Shown in pieces: positions 50,390 through 63,721 of a stretch of DNA of 64,000 nt. Both the position numbers and the translations under genes were made by a program. This DNA is from Hamiltosporidium tvaerminnensis FI-OER-3-3 (taxonomy: Eukaryota; Fungi; Microsporidia), in contig JAKIMF020000001.1 of NCBI GenBank assembly GCA_022605425.2, positions 1,116,001 through 1,180,000 of the forward strand, read 5' to 3'. The notes beneath the pieces are model-generated. The model saw only the letters and a list, made by a program, of their open reading frames with translations, did no database searches and had not been told where the DNA came from. Within the stretch, counting starts at the first letter, position 1, and every line of letters starts with the position of its first letter.

Positions 50390-52837
50390 TCAATTTATTC
50401 TTTTATAAACATCCTCCTTAAATAAAAGGATAAACTCCTTGATGAGATTTTGTGATAGATTGCAATCTCTTACCTGAAAGCTCTCTATTCTATCAACGTC
50501 ATCTTTTCTTAGCAAATTAGTAGAATCATCGGCAAAACTACAATTCATAAATAATATTTTTGTAATATTTGATCTTCTAATAAGCGTTCTCAAGCTAAAT
50601 TTCGTAATATAAGCTTTTGAAATACCCAAGTAATCAATAGAAGCGCTAAAAATAATTTCTGGATTTTGTAATAAATTTTCAAATGATTTTGTGTCATATG
50701 AAATCTCTAAGCTTTCTAAAGTTGGTAGATTCAGGATAAACAAAAGCATATCAGCAGATATGTTATTACCAAATAAGTGTAATTTTTTTAAAGATCGCAA
50801 ACATTTTTTACTGAAGCTTCTGATTTTTTTGACATGGTAATAAGTTAGATTACAGTTTGTTAAAATTAATGATTCCAAATTGTGACACCTTTTTAAAAAT
50901 TTTATTCCTATATATGATATTTTACTTCGTTCGAAATTTACTTCTTTTAAAGCCTGCAGATTTGTAAAAACAAATTTCTTTGGGAAACAAAATATGCAAA
51001 CTTCACAATTGTTTAATGAAAGAGTTTCGAGCTTCGAAAATTTAGATATTTTCGATATAGAGTGTTCTTTTAATTTTGCATTTGAAATTTCGAGAATTTT
51101 AATCGAATATCGTAGATTTCTAACTTTAAATAAATTTCCAAAATCAAAATCTAAATCGAAACCAGTTCGAATTAGGCGCTCGAAACTTAAACTTTCTAAT
51201 GATCTCATTTTGTTTAAAAACGAATAAAGGCAATCACATGTGTTCGAACAGCATATATTAAGGACTTTTAAAGATTTAAAAATCCCTTCATTATTTTGAC
51301 AACAGGAATATTTTAAACAAATACTATCAATTGATTTGTAGTAAAAATGCGTTAAATATTTAATTCTTGTAAATATTTCAATTACAGAGCTTGTTTTTTT
51401 TAGTTCTATGAAACGTATTTTTTTTATTGTAAAAAATCCAATTTCTTGACCTGTGCATATGTTATTTGTAATTTCCCCTAAGAGCTCACATTTTTCAATG
51501 GCCAACTCTACTATTTTCATTCTAAAAATTTCTTGAAGAACTTGCTTTGTTAAGATTATATTTTTAAGTAAAAGATATCGCACTTTTAAAAAAAAATATG
51601 ATGCATCAATTAAGCTAACTTTTTTTAAAACCCACTGAATTGACTCAATGTGTAGAATTTCCAAATTTTTAAATGAATATAAAAAATTGAAATTTTTACA
51701 GACATCTAGTTTATCTGCGTAATCAACTTCAATAATATTTTCGTTAAAATCATCATTAATAAAAAATGATGCAAGGTTTAATGACATTCTTTGATATTTT
51801 CGTACTAAAATTCGTTCTTCCAAACCATCTTCCTGTGTCTGTGGTATATCACAATACTTCAGTGTGTACGTCTTTAATCCTAGAAATTTGATTTTTTTAA
51901 TATTTAGATTTCTTAAACACCAAAAAAATGCAAAAATCTGTGTTTCGTTTAATTTTTTCATCAAATAATAAAAAATGGAACAAGTTGTATTGAAAGAATT
52001 TATCTTAATAGAAAAGCAAGTCGAAAAATCATAAATATTTTTGCTGCATTCACGATTAGAGAATATTATTGCATCATTCTCGATACACAAGCATATTGGA
52101 CTAAAAAAGCACGTTAAAAACATTATAAAATGTCTTTTATCAATACTAAAATCAGAATTATGGTAAAATGAAACCATATCTTTACCATATTTGCCTAAAA
52201 ATCCTATATTAATCAATGCACTATAAATATTTAAGGAATATTTTTGCGATTCTGGGATTAAATAGCTAATAAAATTCAAAATTCTAAAAAAAGTTGGTGG
52301 AGATATAGAAATACCTAAATCATGGATATTCCCTAGACAAATATTTAAAAATATGGTAATTTCATCTTTGTTTATTAGATTTGCAACATATAAAGATTTC
52401 TTTTTTGAATTTCTATCTAATAAATAGTCTTCAAAAACCATAAATCTTACAATAAAGTCTTCATATCGATCTATTTTAAATAAATGTAAATTAATGGGTT
52501 CAATTTCTTCCGAATCATTGGGATATTTATCGTTTTGACAATTTATTCTTTTTTGCTCATTGATTCTTTCAGATATATTCTTCGTAAGATTATACCTTTG
52601 CTCTTCACCTTGAAAAACAAATTTATTATGGATTTCATCTTCTTGAGTACCTCTCACAATAAGTTCAATGACACATGAACTACAAATAAATTTTTTGAAA
52701 CAAAAAAACACGATAAGCAGCATATTAAGTGTATCAGGCAAAAAATTTAGCATGCGAAATAGAAATGAGAGGGTTCTTGTTTGATGCATATTATTAATGA
52801 ATAGAACCATCAGCTCTTTAAACATTCTTGTTTTCAT
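50390..52837 (-). CDS. Leucine-rich-repeat protein, possibly secreted
   Basis: Repeated LxxLxL units (LEILHIE, LKVLNIC, LESLSFE, LETLSLNNC, LESLILTNC, LKKLHLFGNNI). Hydrophobic N-terminal segment MLLIVFFCFKKFICS. The true start may be a downstream Met. Confidence 0.8.
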   Translation of the reverse strand: MKTRMFKELMVLFINNMHQTRTLSFLFRMLNFLPDTLNMLLIVFFCFKKFICSSCVIELIVRGTQEDEIHNKFVFQGEEQRYNLTKNISERINEQKRINCQNDKYPNDSEEIEPINLHLFKIDRYEDFIVRFMVFEDYLLDRNSKKKSLYVANLINKDEITIFLNICLGNIHDLGISISPPTFFRILNFISYLIPESQKYSLNIYSALINIGFLGKYGKDMVSFYHNSDFSIDKRHFIMFLTCFFSPICLCIENDAIIFSNRECSKNIYDFSTCFSIKINSFNTTCSIFYYLMKKLNETQIFAFFWCLRNLNIKKIKFLGLKTYTLKYCDIPQTQEDGLEERILVRKYQRMSLNLASFFINDDFNENIIEVDYADKLDVCKNFNFLYSFKNLEILHIESIQWVLKKVSLIDASYFFLKVRYLLLKNIILTKQVLQEIFRMKIVELAIEKCELLGEITNNICTGQEIGFFTIKKIRFIELKKTSSVIEIFTRIKYLTHFYYKSIDSICLKYSCCQNNEGIFKSLKVLNICCSNTCDCLYSFLNKMRSLESLSFERLIRTGFDLDFDFGNLFKVRNLRYSIKILEISNAKLKEHSISKISKFSKLETLSLNNCEVCIFCFPKKFVFTNLQALKEVNFERSKISYIGIKFLKRCHNLESLILTNCNLTYYHVKKIRSFSKKCLRSLKKLHLFGNNISADMLLFILNLPTLESLEISYDTKSFENLLQNPEIIFSASIDYLGISKAYITKFSLRTLIRRSNITKILFMNCSFADDSTNLLRKDDVDRIESFQVRDCNLSQNLIKEFILLFKEDVYKRIN

Positions 52838-55800
52838 TTAGAATAACAAATGCAATAAAACTTAAGTAATTTATTAATAATAAATTATAAATTAAAAATG
52901 AACTTGAAATCAGAATAAATGTAAGTTTGATTTTGAAGAATGTATGGAATGTGTCTAGACCACGTCCCAAAGAACAAAATTATTCTAAATTATTGGTATA
53001 TGATTTAATATGTTTATATACCAAGAAGTTATTTCTTTTATTTTTTACATTTTTCTTATTTTAAACGACATATTACAAGCTATAATTCGGTTTTTGAACT
53101 AAAACAACTCTTTTGGGAAAATAATAATTTTTTAAAAATAATACATTAGGCAAATATGGAAATATAATCATCGTACCAAAACTTTATAAATGTGTATAGA
53201 CGCTTTGATATTCTAAAAAATTCAAACTTCTATTTTGTTTCTGATTCATTTAATCCAATTCTTTAAATTATGCATGTAATTCTAACTTCGTGCGAATATT
53301 CAGTTATGAATGGTTCTAAATATTTTGAATCTAATCGGTAGTATTAAATTCTTAAAAAGGAAATTTTCTTAATGAACAAAATAGAGCAATTTTTCTTTGC
53401 CGCAAAAAATACAAACAAAAAATGCCGCGTTTTGTTGCAAAGTTGCCAACAAATGTACAACCGGATTCATATCAACAGGAAAAATAGCTTCAATAATATA
53501 AGGATTTTAAATGATTAATTATAAAAAGCGTCTTAGTAAAGTAATTACATTTCGATAGAATTTAAAATTAAATTAATCATCATTTCAGAGTATTTAAGCT
53601 AAACTGTGCCCGAATGAAATTGACGAATGTTCCTAATTCTTGATTAAAATAACGAAATTTTCGTATTTGAAGATACTTGTTCTACTCTGATTATAGATAC
53701 AAATGTTTGTACTTTTATGTATCAATTGCAAAATTTGAAGTAAAAGAAGAGAAGCGCATTTAAAATATCTGCTTGATAGTAGGCACGCAGAATTGGTAAC
53801 CAAAGCATTGTTGTCATTTTAGCGTGATGTAAGTCACAATGAATCTATGGACCAGTCTACCGTAACTCCGAATTACAATAGATTTAAAGAAACAATGGAA
53901 AACTTTCATTTTTTCATCTTCGAAACCGATGGGTAAAAGAGTAATCAAATAAGTAAGTATATAAGCAAATTTACAACCATATTTATACTCTTGCATTTAT
54001 AAAAAATGATATAGAATTGAATTTGCAAACATAGCATACAATATTATTTTATATAATTGCAGCCTGGTCCTGTATTAAAATAATTTTGATCTTATTTATA
54101 GACTTTCGAAGCAAAATTAAAAAATCAACAAAGCGATAACAATATTATTGTTTACTATATAATTTAAATTTACAGTAACAAAAACTATTCTGAATATTAA
54201 TATTCATTAAATATATCCAAAACAGAAGATGTGATTATATGAAAAACAAGTCGGACATTAGTTTGAATCAAACACAAAAATTAAATTTTAGATTCACAAT
54301 AAGTCTTATATAATTATCTCTCAAGTTGAAATGATTTGCAAATATTTGAGCTTTGAATAAATTAATTTAACAAATATATTTTTGTAAGCAAAAAAGTTAT
54401 TAAACATGAACATATACACGCCTTTGAAAGTTTTCAATTTAAGTAAAAATAATCATTTTGATTTTATAAACAGAAATTTAATATGATTTTCTTAAATATT
54501 TAAAAACCTTTGTGCAAACAAAAAATACAGGAAGTAAACCAATTTTTTTATTAAAATAATTAGAGTAATATATCTATATATTGATTGTGAATAAGATTTA
54601 TGAATTCAACTATTTATTTATATTTTCTTTATTTACTTTTTATGAAATAACATTTGACCTGTCTTTCATTTAAGATATGTTAATCAAGAATAAGTTATTT
54701 TATTGAATACTATGAAGTACATTTAAGTTTAAAATAAATATTTTTTTTCAAAAAATTTATCTATTTGTTTTAAAGAATTTAATTTTAAAAGTACAAATAT
54801 AATAGGTATATTTTTTACTTTTGACAGTAATTTCGACTAGATTTTTAGTTTTTATCTAAAAACATATTCTATTCTTATGATTACTAACAGGCCCACATAA
54901 CTTATGGTTTACATTTGAATATGCAATTTGTTTAAAAATTAAAATAAGTAAAAGATTCTAAGTAACCAACAAATTTCTTGAGTAAAAAGTTGGTTGGTTT
55001 TTTAAGATTTAAATTTTTGTATTTGAAATTTTATAACGCACAAAATCCTTCAATAAGTAACCCATCTTTTAGTTGTAAACGTTCCATGAAACCTATTCAT
55101 TATATAATATGTTTTCAAATGCAAAAAATGTAAATTTTATACAATTCATATAAATAATTTTGTCATAAAAAAATATACTATGCCTGATCATTAGTTTGAT
55201 ATGGTATAGTTTATACGATTAAAATATAAGCTAACAATGCTTTAGGATGTTTCACACCTTCTTTCCTATCCACATGCCGCATTCAAATTTATTTTTAAGT
55301 ATAATATCTCAGCCTTTTGATTTTAATCAATTGAAGAAAAAATAATGTATCTCATATTTCTAGGTTTATTATATTTTTTTAGTTCTGAAAGGCTTTTAAA
55401 AGGGAATTTAGATTATTGGATAAAGTTATTCTATGTCAAACAACACTCTACAAAAATTTCCAGCAATTTTTTATATGAATATTCACTTTAATTCTTGCAT
55501 GGTATCAAACCAAAATAAACAAAAAACATTTTATTATATTATTGATAAGCCTATTTATATGTTTGGATAGCTCGGTTTCTGTTTTCTCAAAAGTTCTATG
55601 AGATTCAGGTGAGTTTAGCTTAAAGATAACACAAAAGCCCTTTTACTGTGTGCACTTGGATAATATTCGTTTATCCGCAACCCCATTTACATTTCTATTG
55701 TAGAGAGATACATTTCGAAGGCAGAAATCGAAATTTTTAGCAATCCTATATTGGCTATTATCTGTATTATATTGTGAAAATCCAGATAAAAAATCTTTGA

Positions 55801-58769
55801 TAAGGAAACTTTAATTCGTTGCTATCAGGTAATAATTTAACGTGAATATGGTGAATTTGAAAGATCTGCGATGAAAAACACATCAATTTATAATAGATCT
55901 GAGGTGATAGATTCAAAAGTCAAGGTAATATGATTGTCTACTTTATTTTTCACAAGTAAACTTGATATATAATATAGCACATGATTTTATATATCAAACG
56001 TGACTATTTCTGAAATTACTTATCGATAATAAAAAATATTAGCAGTATAACTGTATATCCAATGCTTGTGAATTACAATATCACATAAGAATAACTAATT
56101 CTTTTCTGATTTTATGCATCTAGCACCGTAATCGAAATATTTCGGTATATTTGTAACTCTTAAAATAATTTAATTACAGATTGGATGTATTAGGATATAT
56201 TTTGCTTTGCATTTTCGAGTTAAATTTTACATATTTCGTAAATCAAAACCAATATATTTGTTTACTTTTATACCCTGTAATATAAATGTGTGTATTACTT
56301 TATAATTTTATTATATTTGGTTTTTTTACAGAAACGAATTTTTAAAATATAAGCACCATATAGATTATTGTTTTAGGTATATTTTGTATCTAAATGACTG
56401 TATTTCTACTAAAAAGTTTAAAATATACTGGTAATAATTTAGATACCGATTTTTCTTTTGCAAATTATATATCGCTAATAATTTTAAATTAAAACCTTTA
56501 TTTAGCATGCTCTAGTATAATTTCTCTTGAATATGAACTAATAAATTCTTATAAAATAGATTTTCTTAAAGTATTTTTAAATATAGAAAATCTCAAGAAC
56601 ATTTTTTTACTTGAAATTTAAAAAAAATGTCGAGATCTTTGATACGTAACCATAACCTAGAATAAAATCATAGAGAAACTGATGAATATCAGAATAGATT
56701 GGGTATAATTCTGTTAGGATATACCGGAAGGGCTATTTAAGTTGACAAATTAGGGCTTTAGGATGGAAAAAACGATCAAATATCCCACAGAGAACACCAA
56801 AATATTAAAATAATATTTATCATTATATTACCAGCAAAATATGAAGAAAAAAGGCTTACTTGATACGATTAGAAAAACATTTAACATAACTATTACCCCC
56901 TCGCAGAGCCATGGATCTTAAGTGCTCCGGTATCTTTAGCAATATTTCTCCATTTTTCCAAATTTGTCTCTAAATTCTTTCTAATGAGTTTAGTTTTCAT
57001 AGATCATTTGTCACTTCATCTGGCCATCTTCCATTTTTTTACCTGATTCTTAATTTAATTTTAAGTGTATTTTTCGCAAATTCTACTAACAGCTCTTTCT
57101 GCTAATTTTAATTTTGCGTTTCAGCCGTATCCAAGTATTCTTTGTTATATCACAGTCACCAAATCAATTTCTTTTTAAGGGTATATATCTTATTTCGTGA
57201 AATGCACAACCTCTTATTTTCTAAATATTGATTCATATATCTTTGAATATCTAATACTCGCAATATATCGAACGTCCTTGGTTTTTTAATCTTCTCCGGT
57301 TTTTAAGGTGCATGTACTCTGATAGGTCCCATAAAGTCTCATATATTTGTATTTACTTGTTCATGTCATCATAGTTGAGTTCAATAAGAGATTCAAGGTA
57401 AAATCGTTTTATTACCGGCATCTAAACATTCTTAGATCTGCAAAAAAATTCTTGATTCATATTTTAAGAGGTTTCCAGCGAGAACACCAATTTCTTAGCT
57501 GTAGATGATTAAATATAAAACATTTCAGCGTGGTTATGATAAGGAGAAATTATGTTATATTCGGTTGAAATTTCAATTGATTTCAATCCAGACATTTCTG
57601 ATTTCGCTGATAATATTTCTAAGAATGATAGTATCGATATTCTGTTTGCTTTCCTATGATAAAAAGGTCATATATATGCTATTTAAAGTGTTATTGCCTT
57701 AAATTTTACCAAATGTGTTTGTGGAAGTATAAAAACTAGTGAAAATCCAAAACAAATCTAATTTAATAAAGAATAGAAGTACAAACCAAGATTTAAGAAA
57801 TAATAGAGCAACCTATCTAGTATAATATTTTTTTATCAAAAGACACCTTTTAAAATATTATACCTTATTTAAAGCGATTTAATCATATATAATTTTATAA
57901 AGTGTTTATTATAGAAATATAAAAAATTCTGCTAAATGAGAATTTTTTATTTTATGTGTTCTTATTTTTGTCTCATATTTTGGCCCTGATTAGTCTATAT
58001 TGTAAAACATATTAAATTCATATACTTTTTTTTTTACAATTATTTACATTATTCTAAAATTTTAAAAAAAATATTTTCATGTTGAATGTGTTAATTGTTA
58101 TTTTTTCAAGGGCTTAATAAATTTAATCAATTGACCATTTTTTTTCATTTCCATTGTCTATATCGTTTTCATTTATTTTCTTTTATGGAATTTCGTACGT
58201 AAAAAATATTTTTGGATATTTTTAGAAGAAATCATCGTTATTTAATTTATTATGAATGTTTCAAGATTAAATTCATAGCTAAAAATAAAGATCTTACATA
58301 AAAATTTTGCTGTATTTTTTGATTTCACACACTAGAAGCAACCTATGCAAAGTGTTTATGATTCATCATTAAAAACTCAATATTTTACAATCTTCAAATA
58401 TGAATATATTCCTCCGACCTTTATGTTCTTGTTTTTTATGTGTAATTATAAAAATAAAACGATTTTGGATATATAGCGGCAATTCAAGTTTTATAATGTT
58501 TTAAATCTCCTAATAATTTGAGTATTACATGAAAATCTGATATTTAAATTCAAATCTATGAAGATTAGGATGAAATATCTTTAAAATCGTTTTTAACTGA
58601 TAATTTATTCTAATATAAAATATCTATAAAATATATTTTCAACTTTCTTTAAAAAATATTTCTAATTTAAATTATAAAAATTCGAATTTAAATGAAGAAT
58701 CTATATTAATTAATTAATTAATAATTAATTAAACAAATATTTTATATATAATTTAAAAAGGGATCCCAT

Positions 58770-59288
58770 ATGCCCAGCAGCAGTAATAATTCAGATAATA
58801 TGCCAGAAGAAATGAATGTTGAAAATATATATGATCATCAAGTTGAAATGGAATTGAAATACCTCCTACATACCGTATTTGAAACATATTTCATATATAG
58901 CCAGGCCATTGTTCAAATCCGGAATAAACGAATTGAAGGACTATCCGAAGATCAATCTAGTGATATTGTGTCATTTCTTATGGAAATCTCTGAAGCTAGG
59001 TTGATGACATTTCATAAAATATTAGGTTTTGGACTTACCAACATACATAATTTTGAATTCAATATAAATTTAAAGACCGAAAACCTATTCCTTGATTTGA
59101 AAGATGTTCCTTTTGTTTTTACAAAAAGGGAAACATTTTATAATGAATTATTGTTTAGTATGAATAAAAAAGCTGCGGAAATGGATATATGTGAACTGGT
59201 TGAATTTTTGAATTCTTTGATCCCTCAAAGTGTAATATCCTTGCAAGATGATTATAAAAGAATCATGAAATTGTGTCATTATGATTAA
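58770..59288 (+). CDS. Divergent ferritin-like protein
   Basis: 172 aa whose helical pattern aligns by eye to ferritin (e.g. ETFYNELLFSMNKKAAEMDICELVEFL vs [27 protein letters not shown]). CCCATATG start context. Confidence 0.6.
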   Translation: MPSSSNNSDNMPEEMNVENIYDHQVEMELKYLLHTVFETYFIYSQAIVQIRNKRIEGLSEDQSSDIVSFLMEISEARLMTFHKILGFGLTNIHNFEFNINLKTENLFLDLKDVPFVFTKRETFYNELLFSMNKKAAEMDICELVEFLNSLIPQSVISLQDDYKRIMKLCHYD

Positions 59289-61699
59289 TTTTATAATTAA
59301 AAGTTGTTGTTGAATTGTTAAACCCGTGAATTACCGGAATTTTTTTTAGTTTAAAGTTTTACCGTACAATACTCATTAAAGGTATATTTTGGTTATAATA
59401 GAGTTTGTAAAACAAGTCGCATTAGTTATTTTACTAAACCAAAATACGATGCATCAAGTAATTATATACGTAGTTCCTTCAAATCCAGGAAATAGTCTCT
59501 TTATCGATTATTTAAGCGCCGATTCATCTTAAATTAATATATGTAGAGAATTATAAAGAAATCAATGAGACGTAAATGGGGAAATAAAAATATAGATTCG
59601 AACAAAACTGATTTACCTTTAGCTTTTAAGCTCCGTTAAATTTGTTTCTAAATTGAATCAAACACAAATAAACTTTGCAAAAAAAATTCTATCAGAGATT
59701 CGGTTGAATTGACTCAAAGTAAAGATATAGACAGCACACTTATTGGCTAATTCATTGATTTTAATTCTAAATTTTGTTGTGAATATTTCTCATGCAATAA
59801 GACGAATGTATTGTGCAAAAGAACCCTAAAAAGTACCTTAAAGATGTAAATTTATGATCGAGATTGATACTTACGCGATAACTTATAAATTCGTCAAACA
59901 TATTTTTTAGGTTTAACAAAGACAATTTTTCCTGATAACTGATTATTTGAGCTATAAAATGCTGTATATAATGAAACGAAAGAATTAAAGTAGAAAAGCC
60001 TACACAAAGATTATATATACACACTGATTTGAAAAATGTGTAAGAAAGAAAATATTCAATGGTAACCTAAAAGTCCGTTAAAAAAAGTTAAAACATAATT
60101 ATTCAAATAAAGTTCGAAGAATAGCCGTAATATAGGACAGAAGAGAAATATGAATAAATTAAAAAAAATATTTAACGATTTACGCAGGCCAATGAATTGC
60201 TTTTATTTCTGAAAAAAATAATGAAAATATATGTAAAATTTAGTCAATACAAATTATAGAGTTTATATGAAAAAAATATGTAAAATATTTTATAAAGGAT
60301 TATATAAAAAACTCCAATGAAGTACCATATGATAAAGTTATAATATATTCTATGTCTGTTTTGTTGCTCTTTCTGATCTAAGCAAGTATGAAAAGTTAAG
60401 GATTTGATCTAATTAACAAATAATAAGAACATTTATAAATTATATTTCGTAAACTTAAAATATTTTGAGTCGCCTGTAGTTTTACACTGTACTATTAGGT
60501 GAAAAATACAATATTTTTAGGTAAACAAACATTTTTAGTAGTCTTAAACCATTTCGTTACTAAATAAATTATTTGAAAAATAATTTTTAAATTAAAAATA
60601 TCTTTGAAATAATTCTTGAAAAGAAATTAAGTATAATTCCTATTTTTAAAAAACAAGTTTCTTAATTTGTAAATATGTTTTTATTTTTTTCATCTATTGT
60701 TAAATATTGTAAGGCTTACATTGGTAGATGTAAGTAATCATATTGGAAACATTTATTTACTAAAAGAATGTAAAATCGATACATCTGTTCGATTTCATCT
60801 ATGCATAAAAGACATAATTTGAAAATATGATAACCTAATTTTTGAAAGATAAATCTCTGACTAAATCTAAGAATGAAATAAATGAAAAAAAGAGAAAATA
60901 AATGAAATAAAAACGGCAGAATAAAATGCTGATAATTTTTTAATCGTGGAATGTGAAGATATATAATTCTACATCCATATTCTTAATTAAAGTATTCTAT
61001 GTTTTTTATACTTTTTATATGTTTCTAATGTGATGATTCTTAGTTCTAGTATTGTTTTCTGTGATATATTGATTTATATTTATTGTAGTGAGATATGTTT
61101 ATATGGTATTGAAAACAAGAAAAGTTTTCAAAATTACGAGTTCGTTCTTTTCTATCAAACAAAGCACATATAATCGAGATAAGCTACAATGTGGCCTGAT
61201 AGCATTTAAAAATTTATATCAAATATTATATATAAGTACTTCAATTGGGCCTAAATTGCATCTCTAGGCTAAATTATGTGCTGCTTGTAATGTCGGGGTA
61301 GTTAAGTTGGCTTAACTATTATATTCCTCTGTCTTTTTGCCCTAAACGGAATTTCGAGACAATTTGGATAGGTTTATGCCACAAATAAAATAATTTAACA
61401 GAAGCTCATAAGTTTTCTGAAAAAAACCTTAGAAATTTATCCGAAGGTGTAAAAATCATAAAAGTCTGAAAACTTAATAAACATCATTTTGCAATATTCA
61501 GTGGCTTTCCTATGAATAGAAAAAGATAAATGACATATACCTGACATAAATTAGAAGACATCCGACTAGAAAATTTTATAACGAAAAAAAAACTAGAAAT
61601 TTGAATGGATCATTATATACGCAGGAAATAATTAGATATTTTATATCGTGGATTATTCAAAAATCTTTAGGAAAATAAAACCAGACTGGCTTACATTAC

Positions 61700-62140
61700 T
61701 GTGTTCTGATATATCGGATATGAAAACGTTTTGAAAGATATGATAAAGTACAGACAATCTGTCTCATTCGCCAAAACTTCATTGTTAATCAGCAATATGA
61801 TTTAGAAAAACCAAAGACGAACATTCGCTTGAAATGTATTGAGTGTTCAGGTCTCTATATTTACTCTATCTGAATTGATATAAATTTAAGTTTTGAAAAA
61901 ATTGTATTAGATTCACTCTGTTTTGGAAATGCTCGAAGATGAATATGCGCAAATTGTAGTTAATACCAGAATAAAAAGCAATGTGATAGTGAAAATTAAT
62001 GAAAAGATATTTTATTATAGACTTGAGCAAAATCAATATAATATTTATATAAGCAGGAACATTCAACAATATTCTTTCCAAATATTTAAAAAAAATTACT
62101 TGAGAAATATGGCTTCACGATGAAACGGGTCTAGCCTTTC
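61700..62140 (+). mobile_element. Old fragment of the R4/Dong-like element
   Basis: ORF 61923 EMLEDEYAQIVVNTRIKSNV matches EILDNEYAEIRVDTRIKTDV of the intact copy. Confidence 0.65.
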
Positions 62141-62762
62141 TTTCTAATGTCGAGACAACCTCTTATGCTTAATATAAAACGGGTTTTAGGGTTTCCGATA
62201 TTAAATTTTTAAAAACAACAACTACCATCGAATATAGAGACCTTCATCAATTGCGGGAAATAAACTTACAATTATTTTCTTTCATTACCAAAAGGTATAT
62301 CAGCCTTAAGACTATCTGCATATGAGAACATATGAAAGATATTACTGGGTATCATAGCAAGAGTTATGAGATAATGCAGCCTAGAAACAAATCAAATCAA
62401 CCATAAACGAATAATAATGTGTAAATTAAATAAATAGCAAAACATTTAAAGGGACTTACGAAGATAAATTAATGACTAGAACCCAAAAAAAATACAAATA
62501 TTTGAGCTAAATGTAAGATGAAAATATCAACCAAGAGTAGACTATATTTAACTTTTAAAAACAGCAGACAAATAAAATTTAATCCTTTTTCACTTAAATT
62601 TAACTTGCCAAAAATTATTATAGATTATTTAGAAATATATTCCAATAATGAAGTGTTTTATATAAAAATTGTGAATTTTTTACAAACCAAATCACATATT
62701 ATAACTTATTAACATAAAAATACTCTACCATTCTTTAGTATCTAATAAGTACAAACATATAT

Positions 62763-63721
62763 TTATACATCTCTATACGCCAATCTTTTCATATCTATGT
62801 ACTTATCTATCTCATAATAATACATTTCAGTATCGGTAAATATATATAGAACATTACGACTTCTACAATACTCAATACCTTTTATACTTTTAATATCTTT
62901 AAATTTTATTTCTAATTCCGATGTATAACTATAAAGCTTAAGTAAGGAATTACAATACATCGCTATTATGAACTGAATATCTTGTATTTTATACATTTTA
63001 TTTGAAATACATTCTTTAATAATTGAAGTATTGAGCAGTTTTATATAATTTTTGTTATTTATTTTTAGTGTACAGAAGTCATATGAAGATGAAGGATAAA
63101 ATAGTCTGTAACTTTCATGTCTGTATTAATATTAGATGATATATTACTATTTTTAATTTTAATGTTACTTATATCAAATTCTCTAATATTATTCTCGTTT
63201 AAATCTATCTTTTCTATAGCTTGTTGGTTACGTACATCATACTTATAAATACCACTGTCTGTACCTACATAAAGATAAAGACCTTTCCATTCAATACAAG
63301 TAACTTCCTTAATAGGTATAAACATATTAGAATATCGATATTTCAAATCATAAAATTTTATACCTGATGGCGTGATTGCAGCTAGTGTATTGTTTATAGA
63401 GTAACAATGTGTAAACAAAGTATCTTTTTTATAATTAAATATATTTTTAGATGTAGAAATATCGTATAAACGTAGACCGTTATGTGTGTCTGTTGTTGAA
63501 CAGAGCGTATTACCCGATGGGTAGTACTTTACATATGTATTACTGTATGATGTAATTGTTGGTGTATCCGTTACAATTTTATGATATTGTAGTGTTTGTG
63601 TGTTAAGAATTGAAATATTCTGATAAGAATCTGTAAAAACAACAAATTTGTCGTTTTTAGAAATGTCAGAAGAAAAATAAGTTGTTTCTAATATTTTAAT
63701 AGTTGGTTGTAGTTTATTCAT
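62763..63721 (-). CDS. WD40-repeat protein, CSA/ERCC8/Rad28-like, apparently split by a -1 frameshift at ~63065-63126
   Basis: WD-type ends LRLYD, IKFYD, IYKYD. VKYYPSGNTL...TLFTHCYS resembles CSA VQWYPHDTGM...TVYSHHMS. The -1 frame is open from ~63125 through ORF 62763..62996. Confidence 0.65.

Noticed and set aside
1269-51227. Short antisense ORFs overlapping real genes or TEs (e.g. 1269, 14309, 14356, 14853, 15112, 19762, 20804, 30700, 40992, 46321, 50994) and other short intergenic ORFs
   Set aside because: They are shadow or random frames in AT-rich DNA, mostly without an ATG/CCC start context or recognisable motifs.
61849-62243. 13-bp inverted repeat AGGTCTCTATATT suggesting a MITE
   Set aside because: The left arm is collinear with the coding sequence of the decayed R4-like fragment, so the match is probably coincidental.
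62231-62480. Group I intron-like words (GAGACC...CAATTGCGGGAAA; GATAATGCAGCC)
   Set aside because: No convincing P7 (R/S) pairing or P3, and no host exon; short matches are expected by chance.
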